64,000 bases of DNA from Heterodontus francisci (taxonomy: Eukaryota). Shown here piece after piece: positions 1 to 15,599 of the stretch; within the stretch, counting starts at the first letter, position 1; each line of letters begins with the position of its first letter. Under the pieces are notes generated by a model. It was given only the letters and a program-made list of their open reading frames with translations. It did not search any database and was not told where the DNA came from. The position numbers were made by a program, and so were the translations under genes. The stretch is from the NCBI RefSeq assembly GCF_036365525.1, contig NC_090421.1, positions 2,119,982-2,183,981 on the forward strand. The letters run 5' to 3'.

Positions 1-131
1 ATTAACTCTGCTTCTCCCTCCACAGATGCTGCCAGACCTGCTGAGTATTTCCAACACTTTCTGTTTTGATTACGAAAGTTCCTGTATTCTTGAACCAAGT
101 CTCATCTTGTGTTACCAGGGTCTCCACTGTA

Positions 132-1215
132 CATAAGAAATAAGAGCAGGAGTAGGCCATTCAGCCCCTCGAGCCTGCTCCACCATTCAATAAGATCATG
201 GCTGATCTGATTGTGGTCTTAATTCCACTTTCCTGCTTGCGCACCCCCCTCCCCCCCCCCCCCCCTCGCCATCACCCTGGACTCCCTTGTAGATCAATTA
301 TTTTTCTAACTCAGTCTTGAATATATTGAATGACCCAGCCTCCACTGCTCTCTGGGGAAGAGAATTCCAAAGATTAACAACCCTCTGGGAGAAGAAATTC
401 CTCCTTATGTCCATCTTAGATGGAAGACCCCTTATTTTGAAACGGTGCCCCCTAGTTTTAGATTCCCCCACGAGGGGAAACATCCTCTCAGCATCTACCC
501 TGTCAAGCCCCCTCAGAATTTTATATGTTTCAATAAGATCACCTCTCATTATTCAAAACTCCAATGATTACAGGCCCAACCTGCTCAACCTTTCCTCATA
601 AGACAAACCCCTTCATCCCAGGAATCAACCGAGTGAACCTTCTCTGAACTGCTTCCAATGCAGGTATACCCCTCCTTAAGTAAGGGAACCAAAACTGTAC
701 ATAGTACTCGAGGTGCAGTCTCACCAATGCCCAGTTCGGTTGTAACAAGACTTCCTTACTTTTATACTCCATCCCCTTGCAATAAATGCCAACATTCCAT
801 TTGTCTTCCTAATTACTTGCTCTACCTGCATGCTGGCTTTTTGTGATTCATGTACAAGGACACCCAGATCCTTCTGTACCACAGCATTCTGCAGTCTCTC
901 TCCATGTGAATAATATTCTGCGTTTCTATTCCTGCCAAAGTGGATAGCCTCACATTTTCCCACATTATACTCCATCTCTGCCCACTCGCTTAACCTATCT
1001 ATATCTTTTTGCCAACACTGTGTCCTCCTCACAACTTGCTTTCCTACCTATCTTTGTATTGTCTGCAAATTTGGCTACAATACATACAGTTCCTTCATCC
1101 AAATCATGAATATAGATCGCAAATAGTTGAGGCCCCGGCAGTGGTCCCTGTGGCACTCCACTGCTTACTGTTTGCCAACCTGAAAATGCCCCATTTATCC
1201 TGACTCCCTGTTTCC
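132..1215 (-). mobile_element. CR1 LINE 3' fragment (RT C-terminus plus 3' UTR), frameshifted
   Basis: RGDLIETYKILRGLDRVDAERMFPLVGESKTRGH and YNVGKCEAIHFG motifs. Confidence 0.9.
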
Positions 1216-1755
1216 TGTTTGATAATTGTGCATTCTAGTCACTATCACTGACAGTTTCTCTTTCACCTGATTCTGAAATTGTTCAAAACTACCCCAAGGC
1301 CCAAAGGTAACTTCCCCTTCTACTTTCATCTTAGTTTGTTCAGTTTGCTTACCCACTGTTTTTTTTCATGTTTGCACTTGCTGCTGTTCAATATTCAGTC
1401 CGTTAACACCTATTCTGTACTAATGCTTCGTCTTTCAACACACCATTAACATATTGTTTGCCTTTGCTCCATGACCTTTTGGTCAGCTATGTGGCCTTGT
1501 CCTATCTGCACCTTCTCCTTTGTTATCTCTTGCCCCACCCCCACCTCACTTGCTTATAACCTGTGACATTTTTAATATTTGTCAGTTCCGAAGAAGGGTC
1601 ACTGACCCGAAACGTTAACTCTGCTTCTCTTTCCACAGATGCTGCCAGACCTGCTGAGTGGTTCCAGCATTTCTTGTTTTTATTTCAGATTTCCAGCATC
1701 TGCAGTATTTTGCTTTTATTCCCCTTCTACTTATCTTATTAGATCATCGGCCACT

Positions 1756-2309
1756 CTCTGTAACACTCTGATCTATCACAGCCCTCACTGTAACACTCTG
1801 ATATACCCCAAACCCCTCACTGCAACACTCTGATATACCCCAAACCCCTCATTATAACACTCTGATATACCCCAAACCCCTCACTGTAACACGCTGATAT
1901 ACCCCAAACCCCTCACTGTAACACACTGATATACCCCAAACCCCTCACTGTAACACTCTGATATATCCAAAACGCCTCACTGTAACACTCTGATATATCC
2001 CACACCCCTCACTTTAGCACTCTGATATACCCCCCACTCTGCACTGACTCTGTTACACTGTAACACTCTGATATACCACACACCCCTCACTTTAGCACTC
2101 TGATATACCCTGCACCCCTCACTGTAACACTCTGATATACCCCACACCCCTCACTTTAGCACTCTGATAAACCCTGCACCCCTCACTGTAACACTCTGAT
2201 ATACCACACACCCCTCACTTTAGCACTCTGATATACCCTGCACCCCTCACTGTAACACTCTGATATACCCCAAACCCCTCACTGTAACACTCTGATATAT
2301 CCCACACCC
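1756..2309. repeat. 32-bp minisatellite, truncated by the gap
   Basis: Unit cccctcactgtaacactctgatataccccaca. Confidence 0.95.
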
Positions 2310-2322
2310 NNNNNNNNNNNNN
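2310..2322. other. Assembly gap (13 N)
   Basis: N run. The left flank matches position ~11294 of the next unit and the right flank matches ~22769, so about 11.5 kb (or that plus whole units) is missing if the array is regular. Confidence 0.95.
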
Positions 2323-2591
2323 TATAAAACATGTCATTACTACAAAAGCAGAATACTGCGAATGCAGAGAATCAGATCGATAAACAGAAAATGCTGGAAA
2401 TACTCAGCAGGTCAGGCACCATCTGTGGAGAGAGAAACAGGTCATCCAACTGAAACATTAACTGTTTCTCCCTCCACAGATGCTACCTGACCTGCTGAGT
2501 GTTTCCAGCATTTACTGTTTATATTCCGTGTGCATTACTGTCTGTTTTCCTCTCTCACATTACAAGGTTTGCTTGGATACTTTCAACTTAC

Positions 2592-4722
<2,131 letters not shown>

Positions 4723-5334
4723 TCACTGACCAATGGGTACTTTCCAGTCTCCACTGCCTCTGTCGTGATTGCAGGATGAATTTGTTTCAAGATGTGTTTC
4801 CTTCTGTGAAAAAGAAAGAAAACAGGGGTAAAAACTTGCAACGCTGTGCTTTGAAAGGGGGAGACATTTAAAAATCTTCGAGCTGATGGCATGTGCAGCA
4901 CCACGGGGGTTGTTGGGTGGGCGGAGTCCATGTTTAGCTGCTAAGGTGCCTGTGCCTTTCAGGCCACTGCTCAGGTACTTCCTGCAATAAAGAGATCTAA
5001 TCAGGCAGATCCTGAAGCACTGAGTATCTAAAGTGCTGAAGGAAAGTACTGTGGACTGGCAGTGCTTGTAAATTCCGAGCTCTGCCCTGGGTGAGGCCAG
5101 GTGAGCAAAGTCAGAAAAACAGCAGGAAATGACTGGCTTTCTTTGAAAATCTGACACCTTGAAGTGTGATGGACGCACACGAGCTGCAAGATTTTGTTGG
5201 AAAGTTTGCAGCATAGCTCACAAAAGGCTCATAATCATAAATCCTTTTCATTTAATACACTATTTATGTTTTGATTTAGAAAAGTAAAGACAATTTTTAT
5301 GTTTAAATACATCAGGATCACTCTTCCATCACAG

Positions 5335-6226
5335 AGTGTAATGTGTCCAAGTTTGTTGACAATACAAAGTTAGGGGGAATATAAGAGGCTGCGAAGAGAT
5401 GTTGACAGGTTAAGTGAGTGGGCAAAAAGGTGGCAGATGGAGTATAATGTGGGGAAGTGTGAGGTTATTCACTTTGGTTGTAAGAATAGAAAAGCAGAAT
5501 ATTGTTAAAGGCCTAAAACTTCTAAATGTTGATGTTGAGAGAGACTTGGGGGCACTCGTACAAGGTACACAGAAAGTTTGCATGCAGGTACAGCAAGCAA
5601 TTAGGAAGGCAAATGGAATGTTGGCCTTTATTGCAAGGAATTGGAGTACAAGAACAAGGAAGTCTTGCTACACTTGTACAGGGTTTTGGTGAGACTATAC
5701 CTGGAGTACTGTGTGCAGTTTTGGTCTCCTTATTTCAGGAAGAATATACTTGCCTCGGAGGCAGCACAGCGAAGGGTCACTAGATTGATTCCTAGGATGA
5801 GAGGCTGTGTAAATTGGGTCCATATTCTCGAGTTCGGAAGAAAGAGTGGTGATCTCACTGAAACATACAAGATTCTGAAGGAGTTTGACAAGGTAGATGC
5901 TGAGAAATTGTTTCCGGCTGGCGAATCTAGAACACAGGGGTGCAGTCTCAGGATAAGGGGCCGTTCATTTAGGACTAGATGAGGAGAAATTTCTTCACTC
6001 AGAGGGTTATGAATCTTTGGAATTCGCTACCCCAGAGGGTGGATGCTCAGTCATTGAAAATATTCAAGGCTGGAATCGACAGATTTTTGGTCTCTCAGGG
6101 AATCAAGGGATATGGGGAGCGGGCAGGAAAGTGGAATTGAGGCAGAGGATCAGCCACGTTGGTGTTGAACAGTGGAGCAGGCTCGAGGATCTGTGTGGTC
6201 TACTCCTGCTCCTATTTCTTACGTTC
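5335..6226 (+). mobile_element. CR1 LINE 3' fragment
   Basis: QQAIRKANGMLAFIAR and LEYCVQFWSPY motifs. Confidence 0.9.
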
Positions 6227-6289
6227 TTTTCTTCTCGCACTTCTAACACATTAACAACTCTGTGAACACAATAAACATCAGTTTTTATA

Positions 6290-6858
6290 CAATCATAGAA
6301 TGGTTACAGTGCAGAAGGAGGCCATTTGGCCTGTCGTATCTGTGCCGTCTCTGCAAGAGCCTCTCAGCTAGTCCCACTCCCCTTCCTTTTCCCTGTAGCC
6401 CTGCATATTTTTTTCTCTTCACATTAATTATCCAATTCCCTTTTCAAGGCCACAATTGAATCTGCCTCCACTACTCTCAGGCAGTGCATTCCAGATCCTA
6501 ACCACTCATTGCATTAACAAGTTTTTCCTCATGTTGCCTTTGGTTACTTTGCCAATTGCCTTAAATCAGTGTCCTCTGGTTCTGGATCCTTCTGCCAGTG
6601 GGAAGTTTCTCTCTATCTACTCGGTCCAGACCCTTCATGATTTTAAACACCTCTATCAAATCTTCTCTAAGGAGAACAGCCCCAGCTTCTCCAATCTATC
6701 CTCGTAACTGAAGTCCCTCATCCCTGGAACCATTCTTGTAAATATTTTCTGCATCCTCTCTAAAGCCTTCACATCCTTTCTAAAGTGCAGTGCCCAGAGC
6801 TGGGCACATTACTCCAGTTGAGGCTGTACCAGTGGTCTATACAAGTTTAATATAACTA
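6290..6858 (-). mobile_element. Degenerate CR1 3' fragment (copies about 26748-27316 and 47142-47710)
   Basis: LYRPLVQPQLE remnant plus a CR1-type 3' UTR. Confidence 0.75.
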
Positions 6859-6879
6859 TTATTGAACAACATCCAATGT

Positions 6880-7325
6880 TACACTGACGTGGCCCAACAC
6901 ACACAAAACCTGCTCGACAGTTCAACCTAACCTGACGTTGAAGGCCGCGGGGTGCGGGTTTACATCCCAATTGGTCCAGTCCACAGCTACACGTCAGGCC
7001 CCGCTTTTGATTGGCCAGTCTTATTGCCAATCACCCGCCTCCGATCAAGTTTGGTTCACCGAGCAACTGCGCAGTCATCCAGCTGTCCAGCCCGTTCCAG
7101 GTGTGTGTGTGTAGTTTGTTGTGAATTTTTGACAGTTTTCTTTTGGTGACTGTTAATAAAGTTGACCGCGAGGAATTGCTGAACCATGTCCGCAGACTCG
7201 CTGGTGAACAACGCAGAGGCGACAGCACCAAAGTTCGCTACGTGTGGACAAGAGCTCCTGCTGAAGGCAGAAGCAAACCAGAACTGAGAGCCCTGTTGAC
7301 AGACCTCCCCGCGCGTTGCATATGA
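6880..7325. promoter_or_regulatory. CpG-rich promoter of EEF1AKMT3, probably bidirectional
   Basis: CpG-dense island in CpG-poor DNA. It contains CCAAT boxes on both strands, GC-box-like CCCCGC/CCCGCC, three TGACGT cores, a minus-strand donor CAG|gttagg at 6932 and a plus-strand donor CAG|gtgtgt at 7100. Confidence 0.7.
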
Positions 7326-7327
7326 AA

Positions 7328-8175
7328 CAGAGTCACAGTGTTACACAACACGGAAACAGGCCCTTCAGCCCATCGTGTCTGTGCCGGCCATCAAGCACTT
7401 ATCCATTATAATCCCATTTTCCAGCACTTGGCCCGTAACCTTGTATGCTATGGTGTTTCAAGTGCTCATCTAAATATTTCTTAAATGTTGTTGAGGGTTC
7501 CTGCCTCTACCACCTCTTCAGGCAGTGTGTTCCAGATTGCAACCACCCTCTAGGTGAAATTTATTTCCTCAAATTCCCTCTAAACCTCCTGCCCCTTACC
7601 TTAAATCTATGCCCCCTGGTTATTGACACCTCCGCCAAGGGAAAAAGTTTCTTCCTATCCAATCTATCAATGCCCCTCATAATTTCGGACACCTCAATCA
7701 GGTCCCCCCTCAGCCTTCTCTGCTCTAAGGAAAACAACCCTAGCCTATCCATTCTCTCTTCATAGCTGAAATGCTCCAGCCCAGGCAACATCCTGGTGAA
7801 TCTCCTCTGCACCCTCTCCAGTGCAATCACATCCTTCCTATAGTGTGGTGACCAGAACTGTACACAGTACTCCAGCTGTGGCCTAACTAGCGTTTTATAA
7901 GCTCCATTATAACCTCCGTGCTCTTATATTCTATGCCTCGGCTAATAAAGGCAAGTATCCCATATGCCTTCCTAACCACCTTATCTACCTATGCTGCTGC
8001 CTTTAGTGATCTATGGACAAGTACACCAAGATCCCTCTGTACTTCCTAGGGTCCTACCATCTATTGTATATTCCCTTGCCTTGTTAGTCCTCCCAAAATG
8101 CATCACCTCACACTTTTCAGGATTAAATTCCATTTGCCACTGCTCCGCCCATCTTACCAACCCATCATAGCATCC
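7328..8175 (-). mobile_element. CR1 LINE 3' fragment
   Basis: WQMEFNPEKCEVMHFG, LERVQRRFTRMLPG, LEQRRLRGDLIEV. Confidence 0.9.
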
Positions 8176-8214
8176 TGCAGGAGGGCGCAGATAAATAGAT
8201 AAAGGGCCTAAACT

Positions 8215-8403
8215 TTCCACCTCACTCTCTGTCTCCTTCTTTAAGATGCTCCTTAAAACCTACCTCTTTGAAGGAGCTTTTGGTCACCTGTCCTAATAAC
8301 CCCTGATGTGGCTCACGATCAAATTCCGTCTGATTTACACACCTGCGAAGCATCTTGGGCCATTTTACTTAATTAAAGGCACTATATAAATGCAGGTTGT
8401 TGT
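8215..8403 (+). mobile_element. L2-like 3' end (copies about 28673-28861 and 49067-49255)
   Basis: ctccttaaaacctacctcttt...aaaggcactatataaatgcaggttgttgt tail; a related inverted copy lies at about 21380-21700. Confidence 0.55.
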
Positions 8404-9116
8404 CACAGGGTGCACAGACACAACTCCACCTCCTGTTTTAAAGTCATACATTCTGGGCCGATTTTAACTCCGTGCAAGTGGGTGGATTTTGAATGGATCA
8501 CAATCTTGCCCTCTGTCCACATATTGTTATTTTTCCATGAGAACATCCAATGTCCACATTTACAATGGAATTTTGCCATGGGATCTACAGGTGGGTGGGG
8601 GGCACGGGTGTACAGACTGCGATCAAATGTTATGCTGAGTAACTTCCGAATTATATATATAAATGGGTGACTGACCTGAGGACAAATAACCATCCCAATG
8701 GTATTACGTTGTCCGCATGCCGAGCACATGCACCTCAAAGGACAGCTGCCAGTATTGGCCAGGACTCAAGTGAACTATCGTACAGGGAAATGTCAGTTTA
8801 TTTAACACATAAACTGTATTTACATTGAAAAGTAACAAGAATATCACTTCTAGAAATTTTCTTGGTAATGTCAGTATTACATAATAAGGTAATTCCTTGC
8901 TGTTCTCTGATGTAGAAGCTTGTTCTTACAGCCCTCCCTGTTCCAGTCTACTAAAGTTCCAGTTCTGATGACGGGTCACTGGAAACATTAACTCTGCTTC
9001 TCCCTCCACAGATGCTGCCAGACCTGCTGAGTATTTCCAACACTTTCTGTTTTGATTACGAAAGTTCCTGTATTCTTGAACCAAGTCTCATCTTGTGTTA
9101 CCAGGGTCTCCACTGT

Positions 9117-10200
9117 ACATAAGAAATAAGAGCAGGAGTAGGCCATTCAGCCCCTCGAGCCTGCTCCACCATTCAATAAGATCATGGCTGATCTGATTGT
9201 GGTCTTAATTCCACTTTCCTGCTTGCGCACCCCCCTCCCCCCCCCCCCCCTCGCCATCACCCTGGACTCCCTTGTAGATCAATTATTTTTCTAACTCAGT
9301 CTTGAATATATTGAATGACCCAGCCTCCACTGCTCTCTGGGGAAGAGAATTCCAAAGATTAACAACCCTCTGGGAGAAGAAATTCCTCCTTATGTCCATC
9401 TTAGATGGAAGACCCCTTATTTTGAAACGGTGCCCCCTAGTTTTAGATTCCCCCACGAGGGGAAACATCCTCTCAGCATCTACCCTGTCAAGCCCCCTCA
9501 GAATTTTATATGTTTCAATAAGATCACCTCTCATTATTCAAAACTCCAATGATTACAGGCCCAACCTGCTCAACCTTTCCTCATAAGACAAACCCCTTCA
9601 TCCCAGGAATCAACCGAGTGAACCTTCTCTGAACTGCTTCCAATGCAGGTATACCCCTCCTTAAGTAAGGGAACCAAAACTGTACATAGTACTCGAGGTG
9701 CAGTCTCACCAATGCCCAGTTCGGTTGTAACAAGACTTCCTTACTTTTATACTCCATCCCCTTGCAATAAATGCCAACATTCCATTTGTCTTCCTAATTA
9801 CTTGCTCTACCTGCATGCTGGCTTTTTGTGATTCATGTACAAGGACACCCAGATCCTTCTGTACCACAGCATTCTGCAGTCTCTCTCCATGTGAATAATA
9901 TTCTGCGTTTCTATTCCTGCCAAAGTGGATAGCCTCACATTTTCCCACATTATACTCCATCTCTGCCCACTCGCTTAACCTATCTATATCTTTTTGCCAA
10001 CACTGTGTCCTCCTCACAACTTGCTTTCCTACCTATCTTTGTATTGTCTGCAAATTTGGCTACAATACATACAGTTCCTTCATCCAAATCATGAATATAG
10101 ATCGCAAATAGTTGAGGCCCCGGCAGTGGTCCCTGTGGCACTCCACTGCTTACTGTTTGCCAACCTGAAAATGCCCCATTTATCCTGACTCCCTGTTTCC
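9117..10200 (-). mobile_element. CR1 LINE 3' fragment (copies about 29577-30660 and 49970-51053)
   Basis: Same as 132-1215. Confidence 0.9.
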
Positions 10201-10289
10201 TGTTTGATAATTGTGCATTCTAGTCACTATCACTGACAGTTTCTCTTTCACCTGATTCTGAAATTGTTCAAAACTACCCCAAGGCCCAA

Positions 10290-10705
10290 AGGTAACTTCC
10301 CCTTCTACTTTCATCTTAGTTTGTTCAGTTTGCTTACCCACTGTTTTTTTTCATGTTTGCACTTGCTGCTGTTCAATATTCAGTCCGTTAACACCTATTC
10401 TGTACTAATGCTTCGTCTTTCAACACACCATTAACATATTGTTTGCCTTTGCTCCATGACCTTTTGGTCAGCTATGTGGCCTTGTCCTATCTGCACCTTC
10501 TCCTTTGTTATCTCTTGCCCCACCCCCACCTCACTTGCTTATAACCTGTGACATTTTTAATATTTGTCAGTTCCGAAGAAGGGTCACTGACCCGAAACGT
10601 TAACTCTGCTTCTCTTTCCACAGATGCTGCCAGACCTGCTGAGTGGTTCCAGCATTTCTTGTTTTTATTTCAGATTTCCAGCATCTGCAGTATTTTGCTT
10701 TTATT
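10290..10705 (+). mobile_element. Interspersed repeat ending in the gaagaagggtc..ccgaaacgtt..gatgctgccagacctgctgag module (Penelope-like tail); copies about 1305-1720, 30750-31165, 51143-51558
   Basis: The module recurs at 1-70, 8965-9055, 13603-13694 and as an inverted pair at 22825-22967. The family assignment is tentative. Confidence 0.5.
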
Positions 10706-10740
10706 CCCCTTCTACTTATCTTATTAGATCATCGGCCACT

Positions 10741-13602
10741 CTCTGTAACACTCTGATCTATCACAGCCCTCACTGTAACACTCTGATATACCCCAAACCC
10801 CTCACTGCAACACTCTGATATACCCCAAACCCCTCATTATAACACTCTGATATACCCCAAACCCCTCACTGTAACACGCTGATATACCCCAAACCCCTCA
10901 CTGTAACACACTGATATACCCCAAACCCCTCACTGTAACACTCTGATATATCCAAAACGCCTCACTGTAACACTCTGATATATCCCACACCCCTCACTTT
11001 AGCACTCTGATATACCCCCCACTCTGCACTGACTCTGTTACACTGTAACACTCTGATATACCACACACCCCTCACTTTAGCACTCTGATATACCCTGCAC
11101 CCCTCACTGTAACACTCTGATATACCCCACACCCCTCACTTTAGCACTCTGATAAACCCTGCACCCCTCACTGTAACACTCTGATATACCACACACCCCT
11201 CACTTTAGCACTCTGATATACCCTGCACCCCTCACTGTAACACTCTGATATACCCCAAACCCCTCACTGTAACACTCTGATATATCCCACACCCCTCACT
11301 TTAGCACTCTGATATACCCCCCACTCTGCACTGACTCTGTTACACTGTAACACTCTGATATACCACACACCCCTCACTTTAGCACTCTGATATACCCTGC
11401 ACCCCTCACTGTAACACTCTGATATACCCCACACCCCTCACTTTAGCACTCTGATATACCCTGCACCCCTCACTGTAACACTCTGATATACCTCCCACTC
11501 CGCAGTGTAACACTCTGATATACCTCCCACTCCGCAGTGTAACACTCTGATATACCCTGCACCCATCACTGTAACACTGATATACCCCACACCCCTCACT
11601 TTAACACTCTGATATACCCTGCACCCATCACTGTATCACGATATATCCCACACCCCTCACTGTAGCACTCTGATATACCCCACACCCCTCACTGTAACAC
11701 TCTGATATATCCCACACCCCTCGCTGGAACACTGATATATCCCACACCCCTCACTGTAACACTGATATATCCCACACCCCTCACTTTAGCACTCTGATAT
11801 ACCCCACACCCCTCACTGTAACACTCTGATATACCCCACACCCCTCGCTGTAACACTCTGATATATCCAGCACCCCTCGCTGTAACACTGATATATCCCA
11901 CACCCCTCGCTGTAACACTCTGATATACCCCACACCTCTCACTGTAACACTCTGATATACCCCACACCCCTCACTGTAACACTCTGATATATTCCACACC
12001 CCTCACTGTAACACTGATATATCCCACACCCCTCGCTGTAACACTCTGATATACCCCACACCCCTCACTGTAACACTCTGATATACCCCACACCCCTCAC
12101 TGTAACACTCTGATATACCTCCCACTCCGCAGTGTAACACTCTGATATACCCTGCACCCATCACTGTAACACTGATATACCCCACACCCCTCACTTTAAC
12201 ACTCTGACATACCCCACACCCCTCACTGTAACACTGATATATCCCACACCCCTCACTTTAACACTCTGATATATCCCACACCCCTCACTGTAACACTGAT
12301 ATATCCCACACCCCTCACTTTAACACTCTGATATATCCCACACCCCTCACTGTAACACTGATATATCCCACACCCCTCACTGTAACACTCTGAACATTCT
12401 GTTCTCGAATTCAAGAAATGTTTACAAATAAAACCTGAAGCAAAGAGCCACTATTGAATATTTACACTTAGAATTTTCTCTAGCAATTAGTTTAATATAG
12501 GCAACTCGATCAAAATAACACTTTTACATTTGCATTTCACCCCTCACTGTAACACTCTGATATACCCCACACCCCTCACTGTAACACTGATATAACGCAG
12601 ACCCCTCACTGTAACACTCTGATATATCCCACACCCCTCACTGTAACACTCTGATATACCCCACACCCCTCACTGTAACACTGATATATCGCAGTCCCCT
12701 CACTGTAACACTCTGATATACTCCACACCCCTCACTGTAACACTGATATATCGCAGACCCCTCACTGTAACACTCTGATATATCCCACACCCTTCACTGT
12801 ACCATTCTGATATACCCCACACCCCTCACTGTACCATTCTGATATACCCCACACCCCTCACTGTAACACTCTGATATACCCCACACCCCTCACTGTAACA
12901 CTCTGATGTATCCCACACCCCTCACTGTAGCACTCTGATATACCCCACACCCCTCACTCTAACACTCTGATATATCCCACACCCCTCACTGTAACACACT
13001 GATATACCCCACACCCTTCACTGTAACACTCTGATATACCCCACACCCCTCACTGTCGCACTCTGATATACCCCACACCCCTCACTATAGCACTCTGATA
13101 TATCCCACACTCCTCTTTAACACTGATATACCCCACACCTCTCACTGTAACACTCTGATATACCCCACACCCCTCACTGTAGCACTCTGATATATCCCAC
13201 ACTCCTCGCTGTAACACTCTGATATACCCCACACCCCTCACTGTCGCACTCTGATATACCCCACACCCCTCACTGTAACACTCTGATATATCCCACACTC
13301 CTCTGTAACACTGATATATCGCAGACCCCTCACTTTAACACTCTGATATATCCCACACTCCTCTGTAACACTGATATATCGCAGACCCCTCACTGTAACA
13401 CTCTGATATACCCCACACCCCTCACTGTAGCACTCTGATATATCCCACACTCCTCGCTGTAACACACTGATATATCCCACACCCCTCACTGTAACACTCT
13501 GATATACCCCACACCCCTCACTGTCGCACTCTGATATATCCCACACCCCTCACTGTAACACTGATATATCGCAGACCCCTCACTTTAACACTCTGATATA
13601 TC
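10741..13602. repeat. 32-bp minisatellite (30-bp variants), interrupted by a unique island at 12394-12537
   Basis: Consensus cccctcactgtaacactctgatataccccaca; source of the repetitive ISECYSEGCGVYQSVTVRGVGY pseudo-ORFs. Confidence 0.97.
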
Positions 13603-14094
13603 TTCCGAAGAAGGGTCACTGACCCGAAACGTTAACTCTGCTTCTCTTTCCACAGATGCTGCCAGACCTGCTGAGTGAATCCAGCATTTCTTGTCTATGG
13701 ACCATAACCCAGCCTTCAGGATTGGGGTAGAAGGGAAGCACACTACATTGGGATGTTCCCAGCAGCTTTACTGTTATAGTTTCCACCTACCTGTTGAAGG
13801 TCACTGCTGAACCTTTCTAAGGCCTTCTTACAATTTGTAAACGAATATCCTGTCCTTTTCCGAAGTTTCAGGAGGAGCTCTTTATCAGCTGCCATCAATC
13901 TAACCCCAGAACAGTGCAGAAACTGGGTTGGTTGTGCAGAGAAGATCTAACAAAGACAAACGGAAATCTCAGGGAACTTTGTAACACGATCAAAGCTTTG
14001 GACTTTTATTGCACAGATTTTACCTACACATTTACACATCAGTGCCAGTGTTACTAACATTCTGTCAAAGGCCACAATCCCAACTCATGCAAAG

Positions 14095-14450
14095 TTATGA
14101 GCGGCATGGACAGAGTGGATAGTCAGAAGCTTTTTCCCAGGGTGGAAGAGTCAGTTACTAGGGGACATAGGTTTAAGGTGCGAGGGGCAAAGTCTAGAGG
14201 GGATGTGCGAGGCAAGTTTTTTTTTACAGAGAGGGTGGTGAGCGCCTGGAACTTGCTGCCAGGGGAGGCGGTGGAAGCAGATACGATAGCGACATTTAAG
14301 AGACATCTTGACAAATACATGAATAGGAAGGGAATAGAGGGATGTGGGCCCTGGAAGTGCAGAAGGTGTTAGTTTAGACAGGCATCAAGATCGGCGCAGG
14401 CTTGGAGGGCCGAATGGCCCGTTCCTGTGCTGTACTGTTCTTTGTTTGTT
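14095..14450 (+). mobile_element. CR1 3' end in TSFM intron 1 (copies about 34493-34848 and 54916-55271)
   Basis: GMDRVDSQKLFPRVEESVTRGHRFKVRG plus 3' UTR with a tgttctt tail. Confidence 0.9.
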
Positions 14451-14849
14451 GTTCTTGCTTGAGACGCACTCTCAGGATTGCTGCAACTCAATACCCTGTA
14501 GTGAGGGCATGTAGTTCTGTGCTTACTATTCCCCACACGGTGAGATTCTCAATCACGTCACAGTGGGCAGCTGTCCTGTGAGGCCAGGCACTTCCTCACA
14601 AGAGAAAAAATAATCTCCAGCACTAATAATAATTGTTCAAAACAGTAGTATCTCAACCTCCAGTTCACTGTCACGTATTTTTATAGATATTAATGCACAG
14701 GTAGGGCCGGGGGAAACTTGGCTTCTCAATGTATTCACCAAACCATCCAAATTTTATACAGGTAAAAACTCAACCTAGGTGTAGGCAAATTAGATGTAGA
14801 ATCAGGCTAAAATAGCTTTGGATTGTCGCAAACCCTTCATTTATTTAAG

Positions 14850-15030
14850 TATGATGGCGTGGAACGTCCTGCCTGCAACAGTAGTAGACTCGCCAACTTG
14901 AAGGGCATTTAAGTGGTCATTGGATAGACATATGGATAAAAATGGAATTGTGTAGGTCAGATGGTTTCACAGGTCGGCGCAACATCGTGGGCCGAAGGGC
15001 CTGTACTGCGCTGTAATGTTCTAAAAAAAA
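14850..15030 (+). mobile_element. Short CR1 3' end (copies at +20398 and +40821)
   Basis: gtggaacgtcctgcc...gggccgaagggcctgtactgcgctgtaatgttcta followed by an A run. Confidence 0.7.
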
Positions 15031-15599
15031 AATATGACACTTAAAAGAGATTTGTTTAAAAAAGCTGTAAAGACTGGAATTTAGAAAATGCTGGAAAATA
15101 CATAGCAGATCTTTCATCTTCTGAAAGAGAAAAGACAGGTTTGCATTTCAAGGCAGACTCCTGCTCAGTTCTGGCCTTTTCTTTCTCAGAAGCTTAAGGG
15201 GCTACTGTGTATTCCCAATATTTTTGATGGACTCATACTGCACAGGAGGTCATTCGGCTCATCGTCTCCATGCCAGCTCTTCGAAAGAACAATTAATCCC
15301 ACTACCCCTGCTCTTTCCAAACAGCCCTGCAAATTTCTCAAAAATATCCAATTCCCCTTTTCAAAGTTATTATTGAATCTGCTCCACCACCCTTTTCTGG
15401 CAGTGTATTCCAGGTCACAACTTGCTGCTAAAAAAAAATCATTTCCTTCCTGGATTTTTTTTGCCAATTATCTGAAATGTGTCCTCTGGTTACTGACCCT
15501 TCTGCCATTTTCTGTTTTTATTAATGAATAACAAGTGTATATTAAACAATGCCGATAACTTTGCAGTGATGTTAGAAGCATGGCCTTCAGAGATATAAT

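Noticed and set aside
8403-8738. 111-aa and 86-aa ORFs as METTL1 or TSFM exon 3
   Set aside because: Neither the QKRYYRQRAHSNP nor the QKEGWSKA motif appeared in the frames I read.
11689-13546. Repetitive ORFs (ISECYSEGCGVYQSVTVRGVGY...)
   Set aside because: They are translations of a 32-bp minisatellite whose unit is not a multiple of 3; frames shift and stop constantly.
10741-13602. CRISPR-like 32-bp periodicity
   Set aside because: There are no unique spacers or cas genes, and the context is vertebrate; it is a plain minisatellite.
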